64,000 nt of DNA. Origin: Candidatus Margulisiibacteriota bacterium (GTDB lineage Bacteria; Margulisbacteria; Riflemargulisbacteria; GWF2-39-127). A program made the translations under genes and the position numbers. Of this stretch, positions 59,048-64,000 are shown piece by piece (positions within the stretch are counted from its first letter, which is position 1; each line of letters opens with the position of its first letter). The notes below the pieces were generated by a model. The model was not told where the DNA came from. It made no database searches and saw only the letters and a list, made by a program, of their open reading frames with translations. The stretch lies in NCBI GenBank assembly GCA_003242895.1, contig QKMY01000020.1, positions 2,965 through 66,964 on the forward strand. The letters run 5' to 3'.

Positions 59048-60577
59048 TTAAGCTAAAATTTTGTTAGTTTCTTCAATAGTGTCACCAAGCACAAAAATAC
59101 TGGACACCTGCTGTTCTACTGAAGCTGACAAAGCAATCGTTTCATTTGTAACTTGAGAGGCCACAGAGGTAATGTCTTCATAATTTTCAAACATTTTTGA
59201 TGCATTATCTTTATTTTCGACTGAAACGAATTTGATTTCGGAAATAACAGAGTTTATAGCACTAAACATGGCACTAAAATCGGCAAACGATTTTGAAGTA
59301 TTATCAGAGGCCTGTTCCGTCTGCCCGATGATCGATCTGACCTCATTTCCTGACAAAAGAAGATCCTGCATCAAATCACAAATACTTTTGACTTGAAGCA
59401 TATTATAGTCAATACTGAAAATAATTTGGGACGAGGCTTCTTTTGCCTGCTGAACAAGACTAGTGCCTTTTTGAACTTCGATTGAACTATCCTGCATATT
59501 AACAACTACACCATGAATATCCTTCTGTATATCACCAATTAATTGAGCAATATTCATTGTCGCCTTTCGTGAGCGGTCCGCTAGTTTTCGAACTTCATCC
59601 GCGACAACAGCAAAACCTCTGCCATGCTCACCGGCACGAGCAGCTTCGATTGCTGCGTTAAGCGCAAGCAAATTGGTCTGATCAGAAATCTCATTAATTA
59701 CGCTGGTTATTTCACCAATTTTTTCAGATCCGGTCTTAAGTCCCTCAATTTTTAACAATGCCAACGAAACTATCCCATTAATTCGGCTCATGCCAGATGC
59801 CGCTTGGTCAATAGTTCCGACATTGTTATTTGCGAGGTTCTTTGCCCCTACAGAGTTATCAGATAACTTACGGGAATCCTCCGTTACACGATTAATAGAA
59901 TTAATAATATTGCTAACATGCTCATTTGCACTTTTTTGGTAATTAATAAAATCAACGATCTCTTGAGAAAGCACTTTTAACGCTTTTTCGTTATTGTTCA
60001 AAGTATCGACCATTTGGTCAATACTCTTTCCCTGGGCATCACTTCCCAGATAGACTTGGTCAATACTAGAACGATTCGAAAGCACCTTGCTGCACAAAGC
60101 ATCAACATTAACCTTCTGGTTAACAATCGCACTGCTCAGATTAGTAACGTATTCCTGAACATAACCAAATATCTCTGCCACCTCAAGGTTTTTGGCTTTG
60201 ACAGCTTGCAGCATAGAATCATGTTTCCTGCTCTCAGAATCATCCTGTGCCTTTTCAATGAGTTCAAAAATATAGCTCTCAATCTGTTTTAATCCTGGTA
60301 TATCTTCATAATTATTTTTTCTGCCGGGAGAAGAGCCTCCTTTTACAATCGGCAGAAACTCATCTACCGAAGATAAAATATATTTGTTAATATAGCCAAC
60401 AAAACACCCGGCCATAACTATAAGAAAAACTGAATGGAAAAGTATTTGACTTATCTCGATGCTTTTATAATGTTGGTAGTAAAAAAAACAATCAATACCA
60501 ATTTGTAAAAGCAGCAAGACACCTACTAATCCGACTATACGCCTACTCACTAAAAAAATAGAGGCCACCCTGAACAT
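59048..60577 (-). CDS. Methyl-accepting chemotaxis protein
   Basis: Highly conserved MCP signalling tip [31 protein letters not shown]. Two N-terminal TMs with a short periplasmic loop. Start set at the second Met, preceded by AAGGAG. Confidence 0.85.
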   Translation of the reverse strand: MFRVASIFLVSRRIVGLVGVLLLLQIGIDCFFYYQHYKSIEISQILFHSVFLIVMAGCFVGYINKYILSSVDEFLPIVKGGSSPGRKNNYEDIPGLKQIESYIFELIEKAQDDSESRKHDSMLQAVKAKNLEVAEIFGYVQEYVTNLSSAIVNQKVNVDALCSKVLSNRSSIDQVYLGSDAQGKSIDQMVDTLNNNEKALKVLSQEIVDFINYQKSANEHVSNIINSINRVTEDSRKLSDNSVGAKNLANNNVGTIDQAASGMSRINGIVSLALLKIEGLKTGSEKIGEITSVINEISDQTNLLALNAAIEAARAGEHGRGFAVVADEVRKLADRSRKATMNIAQLIGDIQKDIHGVVVNMQDSSIEVQKGTSLVQQAKEASSQIIFSIDYNMLQVKSICDLMQDLLLSGNEVRSIIGQTEQASDNTSKSFADFSAMFSAINSVISEIKFVSVENKDNASKMFENYEDITSVASQVTNETIALSASVEQQVSSIFVLGDTIEETNKILA

Positions 60578-60910
60578 GATAACCACTCCTTTCATTACCC
60601 AATCTATAGCCTATATTCGCAATCACAACAATCATTGCATTTACAGGCAAACGTTATAATAGTAACATAAAAATTAATTGGTTATCAAGAAATTGTTTTA
60701 GTCGAATCAAATCATATATAAGCCGGAAGGCCGTAAATATAAGACCTTGAGAGCAAATAAACTAGAAACATCTGCTATCCTGATATTTAACAATAAATGA
60801 TGGAAATTATAATATACTGATGAATTCGGAACTTAAGGATCAATTTGCCCTGGTCATTTCACAAGCTTAACTGGAGTAAATTATTAGCTTTGTGTTATAA
60901 TTTTCATAAA

Positions 60911-62173
60911 ATGGATAAACTTGCATTACACGGCGGCACCCCAGTTAGAGACACGATGCTTCCATACGGAAAGCAAAGCATCGATGAACAAGACATTGAT
61001 TCGGTTATCAATACGCTAAAAAGCGATTTCCTGACTACAGGACCAAAAGTAAAAGAATTCGAAGACAAAATAGCCCGGTTCGTCGGCGCTAAATATGCAG
61101 TTTCATTCAGCTCGGGCACTGCAGCCCTTCACGGCGCAGCTTTTGCGGCAGGTTTCGGGAAAGAGCATGAGATAATCACGACGCCTTTGTCATTTGCTGC
61201 AACGGCCAATTGCATCCTTTATCAGCAGGCCACCCCTGTTTTTGTTGATATAAACAAAAACAATCTTAACTTAAGCTATAAAAGCGTATTCTCTTATATT
61301 AAACAAAACTATGTATTCCTTAACAACAATCTCGTCAACAAAAAAACAAAAAAAAGATTAAAAGGCATTATCCCGGTCCATTTTGCCGGACATCCGGTAC
61401 GGCTCGACAAATTCTACAGGTTAGCAAAAAAATATAACCTTATTATTATAGAAGATGCCGCGCATGCCTTTGGAAGTTCTCTTTATGGCTGGGGAAAATG
61501 GCAGCCAACAGGAAACTGCAGCTTTTCTCATATGGCAATTTTCAGCTTTCATCCGGTTAAGCATATAACAACCGGAGAGGGTGGGATCGTTACCACAAAT
61601 AACAGGCACCTCTATAACTATCTCTGTCAGTTTCGCACCCATGGCATTACCCGAAACCCTGACTTTCTCAATAATAATCCCGGACCCTGGCACTACGAAA
61701 TGCAATTTCTGGGAAACAATTACCGGCTGAGCGACATAAGTGCGGCATTAGGCATATCGCAACTGCGGAAAAGCTATAGTTTCCTGCAAAAGCGTGTAAA
61801 AATCGTCTCGCACTACATAAAAGCGTTTTCAAACGACAAAGCAATAATACTACCCAAAGAAAAAAAATGGGCCCGTTCTTCCTGGCATATCTTTGTTGTC
61901 AGGCTAAACCTAAAAAACCTAAAAACTACCAGAGATGAAATATTCCAGGCACTTTTAGCTGAAAATATCGGGGTCAATGTCCATTACATTCCAATATACA
62001 AACACCCTTATTATGTCCGCCAGAAACCCTACCTTGCAGGGATTATGGATACTACAGAGCGTGTGTTTAAAGAAATAATCACATTACCTCTCTATCCTGA
62101 CATGACAGAAAAAGATGTGAATGACGTCATCAAGGCCGTTAAAAAAGTGCTGGAGTTTTACAGAAAAAAATAA
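60911..62173 (+). CDS. DegT/DnrJ/EryC1/StrS-family PLP-dependent sugar aminotransferase (PseC-like) with a ~60-aa insertion
   Basis: LPYGKQSIDEQDI...DFLTTGPKV..FE...A.FVGAKYAVSFSSGTAALH N-terminus. PLP-Lys region FSFHPVKHITTGEGG. Start at MDKLALHGG. Confidence 0.75.
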   Translation: MDKLALHGGTPVRDTMLPYGKQSIDEQDIDSVINTLKSDFLTTGPKVKEFEDKIARFVGAKYAVSFSSGTAALHGAAFAAGFGKEHEIITTPLSFAATANCILYQQATPVFVDINKNNLNLSYKSVFSYIKQNYVFLNNNLVNKKTKKRLKGIIPVHFAGHPVRLDKFYRLAKKYNLIIIEDAAHAFGSSLYGWGKWQPTGNCSFSHMAIFSFHPVKHITTGEGGIVTTNNRHLYNYLCQFRTHGITRNPDFLNNNPGPWHYEMQFLGNNYRLSDISAALGISQLRKSYSFLQKRVKIVSHYIKAFSNDKAIILPKEKKWARSSWHIFVVRLNLKNLKTTRDEIFQALLAENIGVNVHYIPIYKHPYYVRQKPYLAGIMDTTERVFKEIITLPLYPDMTEKDVNDVIKAVKKVLEFYRKK

Positions 62174-62318
62174 AGAACTACACAACACGCGCTCTTCGAC
62201 ATATCCGGCTTTCGAAGCTGAAAAGACAATCATTGCATTTTCCCTGATTTTCTCTTAAAGAACCCACGATATATTATTAAGCATCAAAAAAAATATCGCA
62301 ACGAACTGAGTTCACTCT

Positions 62319-63122
62319 ATGCATAAAAAAATTATTACTATAAATGAACCAATTAAGACCGGATCTCTCATTCACAGGTTCTACGAAATAAACGAGCTCC
62401 ATAATAACATTAAAAATATAGATAGCTCAATACAATTACAATCTAAAAAGATTGAAGGACTGATTGTAACGATTAACGGAATAAAAACCATTTTTCCTGA
62501 CACGAATAAAACTTCCTTTACCTTTGAACCTGCAGCCGTAATAAAACTAACTAAAAAATATGCATTAACTCACCGAACCGAAAAAAACGAAGCAATTGAT
62601 CAACTTATTTACGAAACAGAACAAATGCTTCGTTCATGTAAAGATAAAAAAACCAAACTTTTAATGTTAAAAGGTTATTCTAAATTTCTATCAAGAATGG
62701 CACTAAAAGAGGAAGAACTGCGAACAAAATTGGCAGATGCTTCTCCAAATCACAAAAAAGCTTATGAAGAAATTATTACCAATCGGGACATCTCGAAGGT
62801 ATATGCTACACTCGAAAAAGCCAATAATGAGCAGTATAACGTCATTAAAGATTTGCTAAACAAGCTAAAAGAAGCTAACATCGCGTTCAACAGTTATCTG
62901 TGCACCATCATGTTGAGTGACAGGAATACCTCCCTCTACAAGACAATTGAAGAACTTGCCAGAGGCCTCGTCAATGAATCAAAAACAACTGAAATCACGA
63001 AAGAAATAGCCAAAGAGCTCCAAGCAATGAACAAAGCAACCTCAAGCAACAGAATACCTTTTAAGCTTGCAGAAGGATGCTATTCTATTATCTGTGAATT
63101 ATTACAAAATCCACTTAAATAA
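62319..63122 (+). CDS. Hypothetical coiled-coil protein, no recognisable domain
   Basis: 267-aa Lys/Glu-rich ORF. No signal peptide or TM. Confidence 0.35.
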   Translation: MHKKIITINEPIKTGSLIHRFYEINELHNNIKNIDSSIQLQSKKIEGLIVTINGIKTIFPDTNKTSFTFEPAAVIKLTKKYALTHRTEKNEAIDQLIYETEQMLRSCKDKKTKLLMLKGYSKFLSRMALKEEELRTKLADASPNHKKAYEEIITNRDISKVYATLEKANNEQYNVIKDLLNKLKEANIAFNSYLCTIMLSDRNTSLYKTIEELARGLVNESKTTEITKEIAKELQAMNKATSSNRIPFKLAEGCYSIICELLQNPLK

Positions 63123-63296
63123 CTAGGCCAGGAATGAGCCATTTCTTTTTGGTCCAGCAAACTTTTCATGCCCTCGCTATTTATCATTATGCAACTCCAT
63201 TATTATGTATTATAATTTTCTCTAAACAAAATAATAAGGAGAGGGCCTCTATAACATTTATTCCCCCTTGATTAACCCAAAAATGGAGATATAAGA

Positions 63297-64000
63297 TTGA
63301 GCAGCAAAGACAAACCGCTATTTGATGAACTTGATATCGAGACAAAAGCCTCGAAGCCTATATACGAAGCCGGAAAAAAACTCTATCTTGAAGGCGCAGT
63401 CGCAAACGTTGACCGCGAAAAAAGCACCTTACAGGGAAAAGTCACAGAAAACGCGAAAGTATTCTACCCGGAAATTATTGTAAAATTCGATCGATTCGTA
63501 ACCAATTGCACCTGTAATTATCAGGATGAGCCACTCTGCCCTCATGTTGTGGCACTCTCCATGGCACATATCTATGGACTGAGCCAGGAAATAGCAGCGA
63601 AGGATCAAGGATTAGACCCTACATATATCGAGCAATTCCTCTATAGGGTGAGAGATATGTTCTCCCTGGACCAGGTAGAAACCGATTTTATCCCTGGGTT
63701 TATGCTCGACATTAACCCTAAAACCGAGATGTATTCGCTGTTTCTTTATAACAAAAAAGACAATTCCATTATTGCCCAGCCGGAAACGCTTTACCATAAA
63801 ATACTGAATAACCCATATCTCACAAAAATAGAGAAAAACCTCATCAATTATTTCGTACAAAAGGAATACTGGGCATTTTTCGCGCCACTGAACTATACTC
63901 CCATAAAAAAAGGGCTCACCGAGATCTTAACTTTATTCTCAGAAGTGACCTATGTGAATCCCAAAACCATGGGTAAGTACCTACTCGTCGAGGCGCCTCT
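63297..64000 (+). CDS. SWIM zinc-finger protein, N-terminal part; continues beyond the window, possibly an SNF2-helicase-associated protein
   Basis: TTG start with GGAG 8 nt upstream. CxCx(n)CxH SWIM motif (CTCNYQDEPLCPHVVAL). The ORF is open to the window end. Confidence 0.45.
   Translation, partial: MSSKDKPLFDELDIETKASKPIYEAGKKLYLEGAVANVDREKSTLQGKVTENAKVFYPEIIVKFDRFVTNCTCNYQDEPLCPHVVALSMAHIYGLSQEIAAKDQGLDPTYIEQFLYRVRDMFSLDQVETDFIPGFMLDINPKTEMYSLFLYNKKDNSIIAQPETLYHKILNNPYLTKIEKNLINYFVQKEYWAFFAPLNYTPIKKGLTEILTLFSEVTYVNPKTMGKYLLVEAP

Noticed and set aside
1-64000. CRISPR arrays, IS elements, integrases, prophage genes, restriction-modification or toxin-antitoxin pairs.
   Set aside because: No direct-repeat arrays, transposase/integrase/recombinase motifs or phage structural genes were recognised anywhere in the window.

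Overview
This is an AT-rich bacterial chromosomal window with no sign of plasmid or phage origin and a compact gene set that suggests an anaerobic or microaerophilic, possibly uncultivated, lineage. The window holds about 65 protein-coding genes and several rho-independent terminators. I found no rRNA, tRNA, tmRNA or CRISPR array, and no transposase or integrase. The main blocks are:
(1) 1-7200: a partial permease, dapB, a divergent lipoprotein Cu/Zn superoxide dismutase (sodC), small outer-membrane beta-barrel and HEAT-repeat proteins, smpB, and lipoproteins including an Fn3-repeat surface protein.
(2) 7309-15849 (minus strand): a complete Bacteroides-type aerotolerance operon, FmdB zinc ribbon-MoxR-DUF58-hypothetical-BatA-BatB-BatC-BatD-BatE.
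(3) 15949-24014: a UPF0182 membrane protein, malic enzyme, S4/STAS-like/CheX-like small genes, malQ, and an outer-membrane beta-barrel protein.
(4) 24385-34307: leuA with a terminator and a candidate Leu-rich leader peptide, feoAB followed by an unannotated 59-aa zinc-ribbon ORF, a GNAT acetyltransferase, an 810-aa SppA-like tandem S49 peptidase with a novel N-terminal beta-rich domain, a PEBP protein, a PQQ sugar dehydrogenase, and gap.
(5) 34727-41030: a metal-handling locus with a P-type ATPase, three small secreted or membrane proteins of unknown function, a His-rich CDF transporter with a long structured leader, and a CBS-domain site-2 protease.
(6) 41033-48806 (minus strand): B12-binding radical SAM, ABC ATPase, two FtsX permeases, LolA-like protein and OM beta-barrel, i.e. 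a LolCDE-like envelope export module of unknown cargo.
(7) 49011-60577: a complete siroheme-dependent (Ahb) heme biosynthesis supercluster, hemA-hemC-sirC-cobA/hemD-ahbC/D-ahbA-ahbB convergent with hemL-hemB. An H-NOX haem sensor gene and a methyl-accepting chemotaxis protein gene sit directly upstream of hemB on the same strand.
(8) 60911-64000: an orphan PseC-like aminotransferase, a coiled-coil protein with no recognisable domain, and a SWIM zinc-finger protein truncated at the window edge.
The most interesting candidate system is the MCP-H-NOX pair embedded in the Ahb haem-synthesis cluster, which suggests gas-responsive (probably NO) chemotaxis linked to haem supply. The uncharacterised LolCDE-like plus B12-rSAM envelope module and the fused beta-barrel-SppA protease are also worth follow-up.
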